Shown: positions 9,307-18,028, counted from the stretch's first letter. The stretch is DNA of 32,000 bases from Haloferax volcanii DS2 (GCF_000025685.1 NC_013967.1:2310001-2342000), one strand, 5' to 3'. The notes: generated by a model from the sequence alone, not told the origin. Made by a program: numbers and translations.

Positions 9307-9735
9307 CTATCCGTTGTAGGTCCACTGCTGGAGCGTAGAGGACGTACTGCCACTCTGCGAGTTCCAGACGACGCGAACGGTATCGCCGTCAGCGAATCCA
9401 CCGGAGTTGTTTACAACGGCGGACCCACCTGCAGTGATCGGGTCGGAGCCACCGTAACTGGTCCAGTTATTACCGGAATTGGAGAAGTTACCGGTTATCG
9501 TGACTTGGTTCGCGGCAATCTGTTCGCCACTCTCGTGGGTGATCGTCAGGTTGTCGGTGCCGTCGTAATCGAAGCTAAAGCTCGCCTGCGGCGACGTTTC
9601 GCTGACTTGGTCCCCGAGGCCGAGGACGAACGTCCCGATGACGGCCGCGAGAATCACTGTAATCGCCACCATCAGGATAACCCCGATGACGGGACTGACT
9701 GCACGGTCTTCCGTGAAGAGATGTTTGAGTTGCAT
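9307..9735 (-). CDS. pilA: archaeal type IV pilin-like protein, paralog of the downstream gene
   Basis: MQLKHLFTEDRA|[32 protein letters not shown] has a 33-aa stretch identical to its neighbour. Its stop codon directly abuts the ATG of the next pilin gene (9307/9306). Confidence 0.75.
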   Translation of the reverse strand: MQLKHLFTEDRAVSPVIGVILMVAITVILAAVIGTFVLGLGDQVSETSPQASFSFDYDGTDNLTITHESGEQIAANQVTITGNFSNSGNNWTSYGGSDPITAGGSAVVNNSGGFADGDTVRVVWNSQSGSTSSTLQQWTYNG

Positions 9736-10125
9736 GCGTTATGTCCGACACCCGGACGGTATCGCTCGCCGAAGACGCCGGTGGCGCGGTCGTCGCTGCG
9801 CGACCAGCATCCCTGCCCGGCACCCGTCGCGGTGTGTCCACCCGACTCGTATCCCCGGGATGACTTAAATCTACGTACCAGATTAATGGTCAATTTCGCC
9901 CTTGAATTCGGGCATTAATATAGTGTTTATATTGTGTTTAAGTCTATAACCACACCCTTTGAGAGAGAATTTTAAAGAACATCTGACACGTTCTCGGGAG
10001 TTTCTTTTCTATCCCGTGTTCGTCGCCGCGCTTACCGGTCGGTCACGACCCCGGCTGTCCCCGTTCACGACCGGGTCGAACACGGCGACGAGAGACGAGA
10101 TAGTACGAACTCGCGGAGCGGAGAC

Positions 10126-10138
10126 ACAAAAGAAAAAC
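10126..10138 (-). terminator. oligo-T termination signal downstream of nrdJ
   Basis: The minus strand reads GCGTTTTTCTTTTGTGTC about 50-60 nt after the nrdJ stop. Archaeal terminators are oligo-T tracts. Confidence 0.4.
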
Positions 10139-10188
10139 GCGGAACGAACGTGACGAGACCGCGACTGCGACGGGGTACTACCTCGCGT

Positions 10189-13100
10189 TCAGCACTCGGA
10201 CCAGCCGCAGTTCTGGCAGGTCTTACAGCCTTCGGAGTAGTAGAGGTCCATCTCGCCGCACTCGGGACACTCGGGGCTCTCGCCCGCCGCGAGCAGGTCC
10301 GCGACGGCGTCGTTGTCGGACCCGTCGTCGACGGCGACGCCGCCGTCGGTGTCCGCGTTGGCGTCCTCGGCCGCGGCGGCCTCGGCTTCGACCTCGGTCA
10401 GGTTCTGCTGTTGCGGGTAGCCCTTGTCGATGTCGCCGTCGAGATACCGCCGCATCGCGGTCCCGATAGCGTCCGGGATGGAGTTAATCTGCTCTCCTTT
10501 GTCCCAGGCGACCTTCGGGCTCCGGATACCCTTGAGTTCGTTCGCAATCTCCTCGGGGTCGACGCCCGAGCGGAGCGACGTCGAGACGGTCTTGGCGAGC
10601 GCCTCGGTGAAGGAGGCGGTGAAGCCGCCGGAGTTGCCGATGTTGGCGAACAGCTCGAACGGCTCGCCGTGTTCGTCCTCGTTGATGTTGACGTAGAGCT
10701 TCCCGTAGCCGGTGTCGATGCGCTGGGTGACGCCGTACAGCACGTCCGGACGGGGGCGCTTCTTGCCCACGTCGCTCGGGGAGTCGGCGAAGGCGAGTTC
10801 GAGTTCGCTGCCGATGAGGTCCGAGACCTCCTCGGAGTCGAGGAACGCCTCCACGTTGCCGAACACGTCGCGAATCTGCGAGACGATGGCCTCGGCGGCC
10901 TCCTCGTCGTCGGAGAACTCGGTGTTCTTCGCGCGCGTGGTGAGCACCTGCTTCGAGCGGGTACCGTCGCGGTAGACGGTGACGCCCTTGCCGCCGTGGT
11001 CGTAGATGTAGCGGTAGACCTCGTCCATGTCCTCTTTCGAGGCGCTGTTCGGGAAGTTACAGGTCTTCGAGATGGCGGAGTCGACGCCGCTCTGGAGGGC
11101 GCACTGGACGCCCGCGTGCTCGATACCCGCGAGGTCCGAGGTCACGACGAACAGTTCGGAGATAGCGTCCGGAACCGTCGACAGCGAGGAGAGGCCGTCG
11201 AACTGGTTGCTCGCCATCTGCTCTTGTGCCTCCTGCTTTACGGCCTCGACGTCGATGTCGTTGGCCTCCAGCACGCGGAGGAAGTAGTCGTCGAACTCGA
11301 CGAGCATCTCGTCGCCCTGCACGTCGTCGGAGACGTTCTTGTAGTAGGCGACGTTGTAGATGGGCTCACAGCCGCCGGTGGTGTTCGACACCATCGACGT
11401 GGTGCCCGTCGGGGCGATGGTCGTCGTGTTGTGGTTGCGAATCGGGTAGCCGTCTTCCCAGTCGTCGGCGTCCTCGCCGGTGTGGTGTTCGAACCACTCG
11501 CGGTACTCGGTCGGGTTCGCGTACTTCGAGTCCTCCCACGCCTCGAACGGGCCGCGTTCTTCGGCGAGTTCGTGGGACGCCCGCTTGGACCCGTGGTTGA
11601 TGTGGGTCATGAGCTGCTGGGCGATTTCGTTGCCCTCGTCGGAGCCGTAGCGGACGCCGAGCTGGATGTACAGCTGAGCGAGACCCATGATGCCGAGCCC
11701 GATTTTGCGGAGTTCGCGGACCTTCTCCTCGATTTTCTCGACCGGGAAGTCCGACATCGTGACGACGTTTTCGAGGAAGCGCGTGCCGCTTTCGATGCGG
11801 TGGTTGAACTCCTCCCAGTCGACGGCGTCTTCGAGGAACGCCTCCGTCGCGGCCTCCAGCGAGTCGTACTCGTCGCTGTGGGCGTCGTACCAGACGCGCC
11901 AGTCGGGCGAATCCTCCGCGACGAGCGTCGAGAGGTTGATGTGACCGAGGTTACACGCCTCGTACTCCTCCAGCGGCTGTTCGCCGCAGGGGTTGGTGGC
12001 GAGAATCTGGTGGTCGGGGTGTTTCTCGACGTCGAAGGAGTGCTCCTTGTTCGCGCGTTCGAGGTAGACGACGCCGGGTTCGCCGTTCTCCCACGCGCCC
12101 TCGATAATCTGGTCCCAGAGTTCCTTCGCGGGGACCGAAAGCACCTCGCCGACCTCGACGTACTCGCCGAGACCGAACATGTCGTAGATTTCCTTCGTCT
12201 GGGGCGTGGCGACGTGCGGCTCTTCGGTGCGAGGGTTCGTGAAGACGAACTCCTCGTCGTTGTACAGCGCCTTCATGAAGCCGTCGGTGATGCCGACGGA
12301 GATGTTGAAGTTCGAGAGGTGGCCCTCGACGGCGTTGCGGAGGTGCTTGGGGACGCGGCCGTCCTCGTCGATGAGTTCGCGCGCCTCGTCGAGCGCGTCG
12401 ACGAACTTGGTGTGGGTGAAGTCGTCGGGGTCGTTCAGGCGGAGCGTGTGCGCGAGCGACACGTCCTTGTTCTTCGCGTGGAGGAACTGGATGACGTCGG
12501 GGTGGCTGACGCGCATGACGCCCATCTGTGCGCCGCGGCGCGCGCCGCCCTGTGCGATGGTCTCGCACATCTGGTCGAACGTCCGCATGAACGTGATGGG
12601 GCCGGAGGCGATGCCGCCGGTCGAGCCGACCGCGTCGCCGTAGGGGCGGAGCTTCCAGAAGGCGTAGCCCATGCCGCCGCCGGACTGGAACACCTCGGCG
12701 GCCTCCTTGGCCGTCTGGTGTATGTCCGTGATGTCGTCGGCGGGTGAGTCGACGAAACAGGCCGAGAGCTGCTGGAGTTCGTCGCCGGCGTTCATGAGCG
12801 TCGGCGAGTTCGGCATGAAGGAGAGCTGTTCCATCAGCTCCTCGAACGTCTCGCGCTTCTCGACGACGACCTCGCGTACCTCCTCGGGGAGCTCGGGGAC
12901 GAGGGTGTCGTAGGCGAACTTGTTGACGTTGTAGACCGAAAGTGTCGTCTCGGCCTCGTCGTCGTCGGCCGTGACGCCCTTGCCGAAGACCTCCGCGGCG
13001 AGTTCGTCGCGGCGCGGGTGATCCGGCTTGATGAGGTCGGGCGTGACCGTGAGTTCGATGTCGCGTTTTTCGGCCTCGAAGACGGCTTCCGCGAGCGCGA

Positions 13101-13290
13101 TGTTCTTCGCGACGCGGGGGAACAGGTCCTCCTGCGTCTCGACGAGGTCGCCGTCGGCGTCCTTGCGGAGGTAGCGGGCGGGGAGAATGTTGTTGTAGGC
13201 GTTGCCCGTCATCCGCGCTTCGAGGGTCTCGCCTTCGGTCCGCTTGACCGGCAGCACGAGTTCGTCCGTCGAGAGGTTCGCGTCGCTCAT
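10189..13290 (-). CDS. nrdJ: class II (adenosylcobalamin-dependent) ribonucleotide reductase
   Basis: The 1033-aa ORF has the active-site region ILATNPCGEQPLEEYEACNLGHINLS. It also has TIAPTGTTSM and a C-terminal Cys4 finger CPECG...CKTCQNCG. A GGAGG Shine-Dalgarno-like element lies 9 nt upstream of the ATG. Conserved blocks are continuous, so there is no intein-sized insertion. Confidence 0.92.
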   Translation of the reverse strand: MSDANLSTDELVLPVKRTEGETLEARMTGNAYNNILPARYLRKDADGDLVETQEDLFPRVAKNIALAEAVFEAEKRDIELTVTPDLIKPDHPRRDELAAEVFGKGVTADDDEAETTLSVYNVNKFAYDTLVPELPEEVREVVVEKRETFEELMEQLSFMPNSPTLMNAGDELQQLSACFVDSPADDITDIHQTAKEAAEVFQSGGGMGYAFWKLRPYGDAVGSTGGIASGPITFMRTFDQMCETIAQGGARRGAQMGVMRVSHPDVIQFLHAKNKDVSLAHTLRLNDPDDFTHTKFVDALDEARELIDEDGRVPKHLRNAVEGHLSNFNISVGITDGFMKALYNDEEFVFTNPRTEEPHVATPQTKEIYDMFGLGEYVEVGEVLSVPAKELWDQIIEGAWENGEPGVVYLERANKEHSFDVEKHPDHQILATNPCGEQPLEEYEACNLGHINLSTLVAEDSPDWRVWYDAHSDEYDSLEAATEAFLEDAVDWEEFNHRIESGTRFLENVVTMSDFPVEKIEEKVRELRKIGLGIMGLAQLYIQLGVRYGSDEGNEIAQQLMTHINHGSKRASHELAEERGPFEAWEDSKYANPTEYREWFEHHTGEDADDWEDGYPIRNHNTTTIAPTGTTSMVSNTTGGCEPIYNVAYYKNVSDDVQGDEMLVEFDDYFLRVLEANDIDVEAVKQEAQEQMASNQFDGLSSLSTVPDAISELFVVTSDLAGIEHAGVQCALQSGVDSAISKTCNFPNSASKEDMDEVYRYIYDHGGKGVTVYRDGTRSKQVLTTRAKNTEFSDDEEAAEAIVSQIRDVFGNVEAFLDSEEVSDLIGSELELAFADSPSDVGKKRPRPDVLYGVTQRIDTGYGKLYVNINEDEHGEPFELFANIGNSGGFTASFTEALAKTVSTSLRSGVDPEEIANELKGIRSPKVAWDKGEQINSIPDAIGTAMRRYLDGDIDKGYPQQQNLTEVEAEAAAAEDANADTDGGVAVDDGSDNDAVADLLAAGESPECPECGEMDLYYSEGCKTCQNCGWSEC

Positions 13291-13825
13291 CTTACTGTCC
13301 CTCCCGCCCGAGCCGCGTTCGAGCGAGGTCGCGTCGATAGTGTCCGGAAATTCCGCTCATTGGTGACGATATTGGTGTGTGTTGCGTGGTTGGTTAAGGG
13401 CTTCGAACTCGGAGGTTCGACCGCCGAACGTATCATAATTAGTTCAATTACGACGACGGCCGACGACCGGGGCCGAACTGCACGGATTCATACGACGGAC
13501 GGAAACCACATAACCGTAGGTAGAGCGGAGTGGAAGTGAAATTGTGGCGCCAATAATCGCAAGACGTAGCGGTGATATCCAATAGAACGTGAGGGGGGAG
13601 CCAAGGCGTCTGAACCCGTCACATGGTGAACTGTCCCGCATCACCGGAGAGGATATAAAGGAATCCCGGACAGTCGACAGCCACACAACTATCAGAATTC
13701 GTATGTTCGAATTTCGCAGTCGCTCAGGGGTGCCGAAATCGGTCGTTTCGGCGGGAAAATCACACCGGAACCGCGCGACGAGACCGCCCACAAGCTTATC
13801 CGCTCTACGGATGTCATATCGGGGT

Positions 13826-14038
13826 ATGGTACTGACTCCCCTCGCGCTCACCCCGTTACAGCTCGGCGGCCTGCTCTCGGGGCCGCTCGGTCAGATGCTC
13901 GTGGTGCTCGCGGCCGTCGCCGTCGTCATCCTCGTCGGCCGGCTGTTCCTCAAAATCGCGTGGCGACTGGTCACTATCGCCGCCATCGTCGTGGGCGCGC
14001 TGCTGTTGCTCTCGTTTTTCGGCATCAACGTCCTGTAA
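13826..14038 (+). CDS. small membrane protein (about 70 aa; alternative ATG at 13811)
   Basis: MVLTPLALTPLQLGGLLSGPLGQMLVVLAAVAVVILVGRLFLKIAWRLVTIAAIVVGALLLLSFFGINVL has two or three hydrophobic helices. The upstream part of the 13589 ORF is AT-rich and basic, so it is not coding-like. Confidence 0.45.
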   Translation: MVLTPLALTPLQLGGLLSGPLGQMLVVLAAVAVVILVGRLFLKIAWRLVTIAAIVVGALLLLSFFGINVL

Positions 14039-14112
14039 TCCGAGCGCGCGGCCGTCGCCGCGGCCGACACGGAGTGGTCGCGGGCGCGGCGCACGTCTCG
14101 CCCGTCGCGTCT

Positions 14113-14130
14113 GACCCGACCCGACCCGAC
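14113..14130. repeat. pentanucleotide microsatellite (GACCC)x3.6
   Basis: GACCCGACCCGACCCGAC lies immediately 3' of the trpG stop codon. Confidence 0.9.
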
Positions 14131-14745
14131 TCAGGCCACGTCGAAGCCGGCGACCGCCGTGAGGAAGTTTCTGACGACGCCGTGTCCCGACCCCGTGAGC
14201 ACGCTCTCGGGGTGGAACTGGACGCACTCGATTGGGTAGTCGCGGTGGCGGACGCCCATCACCAGCGCCTCGCCGTCGTGGTCGGTCGTCGCAGAGACGT
14301 CGAAGCAGTCGGGGACGTCCGTGGCGACGAGCGAGTGGTAGCGCCCGGCCGGGAAGCCGTCTTCGAGGCCGGCGAAGACGCCCGCGCCGTCGTGGTCGAC
14401 GGGGAACGCCTTCCCGTGAATCGGCTCCGGCGCGTGGCCGATGGTGCCGCCGTAGGCGTACACCGCGGCTTCGAGGCCGAGACAGACGCCGAGGGTGGGA
14501 ATCTCGGTCGACAGCTCCGTGAGAACGTCGTTGGTCACGCCCACGTCGCGGTCGTTTTTCGGGTGGCCAGGCCCCGGCGAGATGACGATAGCGTCGGGGT
14601 CGAGGTCGCGTATCTCGTCGAGCGAGGCGGTGTTCTTGCGCACCTCGATGTCGAGCGGTTCGCCCTCGACGGTCTGCTCGGAGAAGTACTCCACGAGGTT
14701 GTACGTGAAGGAGTCGAAGTTGTCGACGACGACGAGCCGAATCAT
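14131..14745 (-). CDS. trpG: anthranilate synthase component II (glutamine amidotransferase)
   Basis: MIRLVVVDNFDSFTYNLVEYF...ISPGPGHP...PTLGVCLGLEA...VQFHPES is the class I GATase triad context. The ATG overlaps the trpE stop (ATGA). Confidence 0.9.
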   Translation of the reverse strand: MIRLVVVDNFDSFTYNLVEYFSEQTVEGEPLDIEVRKNTASLDEIRDLDPDAIVISPGPGHPKNDRDVGVTNDVLTELSTEIPTLGVCLGLEAAVYAYGGTIGHAPEPIHGKAFPVDHDGAGVFAGLEDGFPAGRYHSLVATDVPDCFDVSATTDHDGEALVMGVRHRDYPIECVQFHPESVLTGSGHGVVRNFLTAVAGFDVA

Positions 14746-16316
14746 TGCGACGCCTCCTCGGTCCCGTACTCGATGCGGCGGACGGCGTCGAGCACCCCGC
14801 CCATCTTCTGTTCCGTCTCCTCGTACTCCGCGGTCGGGTCGGAGTCGGCGACGATGCCGGCACCCGCGCGGACGGTGATGGCGTCGTCCGCGCCGCCGGA
14901 GTCGACCGTCGCGGTTCGGATGACGATTGCCACGTCGGCGTCGCCGGTCCACGAGTAGTAGCCGACGCCGCCGCCGTAGACGCCACGGGGCTCGGCTTCG
15001 AGGTCGTCGATAATCTCCATCGCGCGGACCTTCGGCGCGCCGGTGAGCGTCCCCGCGGGGAACGTCGCTCGCGTGGCGTCGAAGGCGTCGGCGTCGGCGT
15101 CGAGCGTCCCCGAGACGGTCGATTCGATGTGCTGGACGTGGCTGTACTTGATGATGCTCATGAAGTCCTCGACGCGGACGCTCCCGGGCGTCGAGACCCG
15201 GCGCACGTCGTTGCGGCCGAGGTCGACGAGCATCGTGTGCTCGGCGCGCTCTTTCGCGTCCGCGAGGAGTTCGCCGGCGAGGCGGCGGTCCTCAACCGGG
15301 CCGGACCCGCGCTGGCACGTCCCCGCGATGGGGTTGACGACGACGCGGTCGCCCCTGACGGAGACGAGCGTTTCGGGGCTCGCGCCGACGACGCGCCGGT
15401 CGCCGTGCCGGAGCAGGAACATGTACGGCGAGGGGTTCACCTCGCGCAGCGAGGCGTACAGACCGACCGGGTCGACCTGCCCGCGGAGCTTCCGGGTGCG
15501 CGAGATGACGCCCTGATAGATGTCGCCGTCGCGGACGTGTTCTTTCGTCTTCCTGACCGCGGCCTCGTACTCCTCGCGGGAGCCGGCGTCCTCGCCGGTC
15601 CGCTCGAAGCCGCCGGGGGCGGGGTCGTCCGCCGCGCGGAGCTTTTCCGCGACGCGCTCGGCCTCGGCGACGACGCCGTCGTACACCTCGCCGGGGTCGT
15701 CGTCGGGCGAGACGACGGGGGTACAGACGAGGCGGACGGCGTCCTCGCGGTGGTCGAACGAGAGGGTCCGGGTCGTGAGGACGAACTCGGCGTCCGGGTC
15801 GTCCGTGTCGGGGCGCTCGCGGCCGACCTCGTCGAGCCAGAGGTCGTAGACGGCCTCGTAGGCGAGGAAGCCGACCAGCCCGCCGGTGAGCGTCTGGCGG
15901 TCCGTCTCGGGGAAGTTGACGCGCGGGAGGTCGGGGAGCGCGCCGCGCAGGGAATCGAGCACGTCGCCGTCGCCCGCGCCGACGAACTCCGCGGCGGGGC
16001 CGCCGAGGTCGGTCACGTCGACGCCGTCGGGACCGACCGTCACGACCGCTTCGGGGTCGTAGCCGACGAACGAGAAGCGCGCGTGGGAGTCGGCGGCCGT
16101 CGCGGGCGCGGAGAACGCGCCCTGCGGGTTGCTCGAGGAGACCTTCTCGGCGCTCTCCAGGAGGAAGCCGTAGTCGCTGCGGTCCGCGAGCGTCGTGTAC
16201 GCGGCCAGCGGGTCCACGGACACGTCGAGGTCGGCCACGAGGTGGGTCACGACCGGTCCGTCCGCGTCGCCGGCGAGGGAGACGAACTCCTCGCGGTCGG
16301 TGTCGGGGGCCGTCAC
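14742..16316 (-). CDS. trpE: anthranilate synthase component I
   Basis: TrpE motifs are present: NPSPYMFLL, GASPETLV, VNPIAGT, EHTMLVDLGRNDV, FPAGTLTGAPKVRAMEII and RGVYGGGVGY. The proposed GTG start at 16316 overlaps the trpF stop (GTGA). The Arg-rich upstream extension of the ORF overlaps trpF and was discarded. Confidence 0.88.
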   Translation of the reverse strand: MTAPDTDREEFVSLAGDADGPVVTHLVADLDVSVDPLAAYTTLADRSDYGFLLESAEKVSSSNPQGAFSAPATAADSHARFSFVGYDPEAVVTVGPDGVDVTDLGGPAAEFVGAGDGDVLDSLRGALPDLPRVNFPETDRQTLTGGLVGFLAYEAVYDLWLDEVGRERPDTDDPDAEFVLTTRTLSFDHREDAVRLVCTPVVSPDDDPGEVYDGVVAEAERVAEKLRAADDPAPGGFERTGEDAGSREEYEAAVRKTKEHVRDGDIYQGVISRTRKLRGQVDPVGLYASLREVNPSPYMFLLRHGDRRVVGASPETLVSVRGDRVVVNPIAGTCQRGSGPVEDRRLAGELLADAKERAEHTMLVDLGRNDVRRVSTPGSVRVEDFMSIIKYSHVQHIESTVSGTLDADADAFDATRATFPAGTLTGAPKVRAMEIIDDLEAEPRGVYGGGVGYYSWTGDADVAIVIRTATVDSGGADDAITVRAGAGIVADSDPTAEYEETEQKMGGVLDAVRRIEYGTEEASQ

Positions 16317-16978
16317 GCGACGACCTCCTCGTGGTCGTCGACCGCTCCGCGAGCCGTCTTCGCCGCGGCGACGAACGCGCGGACCGCGTCGTGGTCCTTG
16401 ACCCCGCCGGAGGCCTCGACGCCGCTCGCGACGTCGACGCCGTAAGGTTCGACGGTTCGAACCGCCTCGACGACGTTGTCTGGCGTCAGGCCGCCCGCGA
16501 GAATTACGGGCGCGTCGACCGCCGCGACGAGGTCGCGCGAGGCGTCCCAGTCGTGGGTCTCGCCGGTGCCGCCCGCGCCCGAGTCGGAGGGCGTGTCGAC
16601 GAGGATAGCGTCGACGACGGGCGCGAGGTCGCGTGCGCGGGCGAGGTCGGTCGCGTCGACGACCGGGACGACGCCGACGCCCGTCGCGCGGAGCGAGTCG
16701 AGGTCGTCGGCCGCGAAGTCGCCGTGGAGTTGGAGCACGTCCGGGCCGACCTCGCGGGCGAGGTCTCGGGCGTGGTCGACGGAGTCGGGCATCGTCACGA
16801 GGGTGGTCGTGAGGAACGGCGGCGCGGCGGCGAACAGTTCGCGGGCGCGCTCGCGGGGAATCTCGCGGGGCGTGTCCACGGGCACGTCGCAGATGGCACC
16901 GACCGCGTCGGCACCGGCCGCGTCGACGGCGGCGAGGTCGGTTTCGTCGGTGACGCCGCACACTTTGACGCGGGTCAT
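16313..16978 (-). CDS. trpF: phosphoribosylanthranilate isomerase
   Basis: MTRVKVCGVTDETDLAAVDAAGADAVG...LQLHGD...GGTGETHDW...ILAGGLTPDNV. It sits between trpD and trpE. Confidence 0.85.
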   Translation of the reverse strand: MTRVKVCGVTDETDLAAVDAAGADAVGAICDVPVDTPREIPRERARELFAAAPPFLTTTLVTMPDSVDHARDLAREVGPDVLQLHGDFAADDLDSLRATGVGVVPVVDATDLARARDLAPVVDAILVDTPSDSGAGGTGETHDWDASRDLVAAVDAPVILAGGLTPDNVVEAVRTVEPYGVDVASGVEASGGVKDHDAVRAFVAAAKTARGAVDDHEEVVA

Positions 16979-16979
16979 C

Positions 16980-17975
16980 TCACGCCTCCCGAAGCGCGTC
17001 GTGTTTGGCTTTCGCGGCCCCGGAGTCGATGGCGTCGCGGGCGACTTCGACGCCCCCCTCCAGCGAGTCCGCGAGGCCGGCGACGTAGATTGCCGCGCCG
17101 GCGTTGGCGAGGATGAGGTCGCGCTTCGGCCCGGTCACGTCGCCGGTGAGGATGCCTTCGAGGTCGTCGGCGTTCTCCTGCGGCGTGCCGCCGGCGACCG
17201 CCTCGATGGGGGCCCGTTCGAGGCCGAGGTCGGCGGGCGTGAGGGTGTACTCGGTGATTTCGTCGCCGTCGATTTCGGCGACCGTGGTCGCGTCGTGGAG
17301 CGCGATTTCGTCCATGCCGGAGCCGTGGACGACGAGGGCGCGCTCGACGGGCATGTGCGACAGCGACTCGGCGATGACGGGGACGAGGTCGGCGTCGTAG
17401 ACGCCGAGGACCTGCGCGTCGGCCCCGGCGGGGTTCGTCAACGGGCCGAGGACGTTGAAGACCGTCCGCATGCCGAGTTCCTTCCGCGGGCCGATGACGG
17501 CCTTCATCGCGGGGTGGAACACGGGCGCGAGCATGAAGCCGACGCCGTTGTCCTCGATGCACGCCTCGACGGACTCGGGTTCGGCCTCGACGTTCACGCC
17601 GGCGACCTCCAGCACGTCGGCGCTCCCAGAAGACGAAGAGACGGAGTAGTTGCCGTGCTTGGCCACCGCCGCGCCCGCGCCGGCCGCGACGAGCGCGCTC
17701 GTGGTCGAGACGTTGATGGTGTTGTAGTCGTCGCCGCCGGTGCCGCAGGTATCGACGAGCGGGCCGCGGTCGGGCTCGATGGTCAGGGCGGCGTCGCGCA
17801 TCCCCTGCGCGAACCCCGCGATTTCGGCCTCGGTCTCGCCTTTCGCCCGGAGCGCGGCGAGGAGCGCGCCGATTTGCGCCTCGGTCGCGTCCTCGAAGAC
17901 CGCCCGCGCGGCGTCGCGCGCCTCCTCGACAGTCAGGTCCGCACCGCCGGTCACACGTTCGATATAATCCTGCAT
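16980..17975 (-). CDS. trpD: anthranilate phosphoribosyltransferase
   Basis: VDTCGTGGDDYNTINVSTTSALVAAGAGAAVAKHGN...FMLAPVFHPAMK...RKELGMRTVFNVLGPLTNPAG. Its stop lies 1 nt before the trpF ATG. Confidence 0.92.
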   Translation of the reverse strand: MQDYIERVTGGADLTVEEARDAARAVFEDATEAQIGALLAALRAKGETEAEIAGFAQGMRDAALTIEPDRGPLVDTCGTGGDDYNTINVSTTSALVAAGAGAAVAKHGNYSVSSSSGSADVLEVAGVNVEAEPESVEACIEDNGVGFMLAPVFHPAMKAVIGPRKELGMRTVFNVLGPLTNPAGADAQVLGVYDADLVPVIAESLSHMPVERALVVHGSGMDEIALHDATTVAEIDGDEITEYTLTPADLGLERAPIEAVAGGTPQENADDLEGILTGDVTGPKRDLILANAGAAIYVAGLADSLEGGVEVARDAIDSGAAKAKHDALREA

Positions 17976-17984
17976 TGGTAATCA

Positions 17985-18028
17985 CCGATGTACTTCTTCG
18001 GGTTACGATGTACAAATTCGTACATCGG
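17985..18028. promoter_or_regulatory. candidate operator of the trpDFEG promoter: three copies of CGATGTAC (TGTACA core), two of them forming a perfect palindrome
   Basis: CCGATGTAC lies at 17985-17993 and CGATGTAC at 18006-18013. The inverted copy GTACATCGG lies at 18020-18028. Bases 18006-18027 read CGATGTAC-AAATTC-GTACATCG. The sites lie 10-53 nt upstream of the trpD ATG. Confidence 0.45.

Noticed and set aside
10150-12747. 865-aa ORF on the plus strand
   Set aside because: It is entirely antisense to the unmistakable nrdJ gene. Its Val/Gly/Arg/Asp-rich low-information composition is typical of off-frame translation of GC-rich DNA.
10189-13290. Possible intein in nrdJ
   Set aside because: The conserved RNR blocks are contiguous (for example NPCGEQPLEEYEACNLGHINLS). 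No Cys/Ser...HN-type insertion is visible, and the length is normal for a haloarchaeal NrdJ with a C-terminal zinc finger.
13291-13850. Possible cobalamin riboswitch, RNase P RNA or SRP RNA upstream of nrdJ, and the ORFs 13444..13851(-) and 13589..13825(+)
   Set aside because: I found no B12 box (GCCACTG), no RNase P CR-I/CR-V pairing (GGAATCCCGGAC and AAGCTTAT cannot form P4), and no SRP GGAAG/AGCAG motif. The region is far less GC-rich than haloarchaeal structured RNAs. The ORFs are basic and non-halophile-like. I retained it only as a low-confidence unexplained non-coding region.
16317-16961. N-terminal extension of the trpE ORF (MRRHRRNRPRRRRRGR...)
   Set aside because: It overlaps the whole of trpF in another frame and is poly-Arg junk. 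TrpE homology begins near the GTG at 16316, which also gives the typical 4-nt stop/start overlap.
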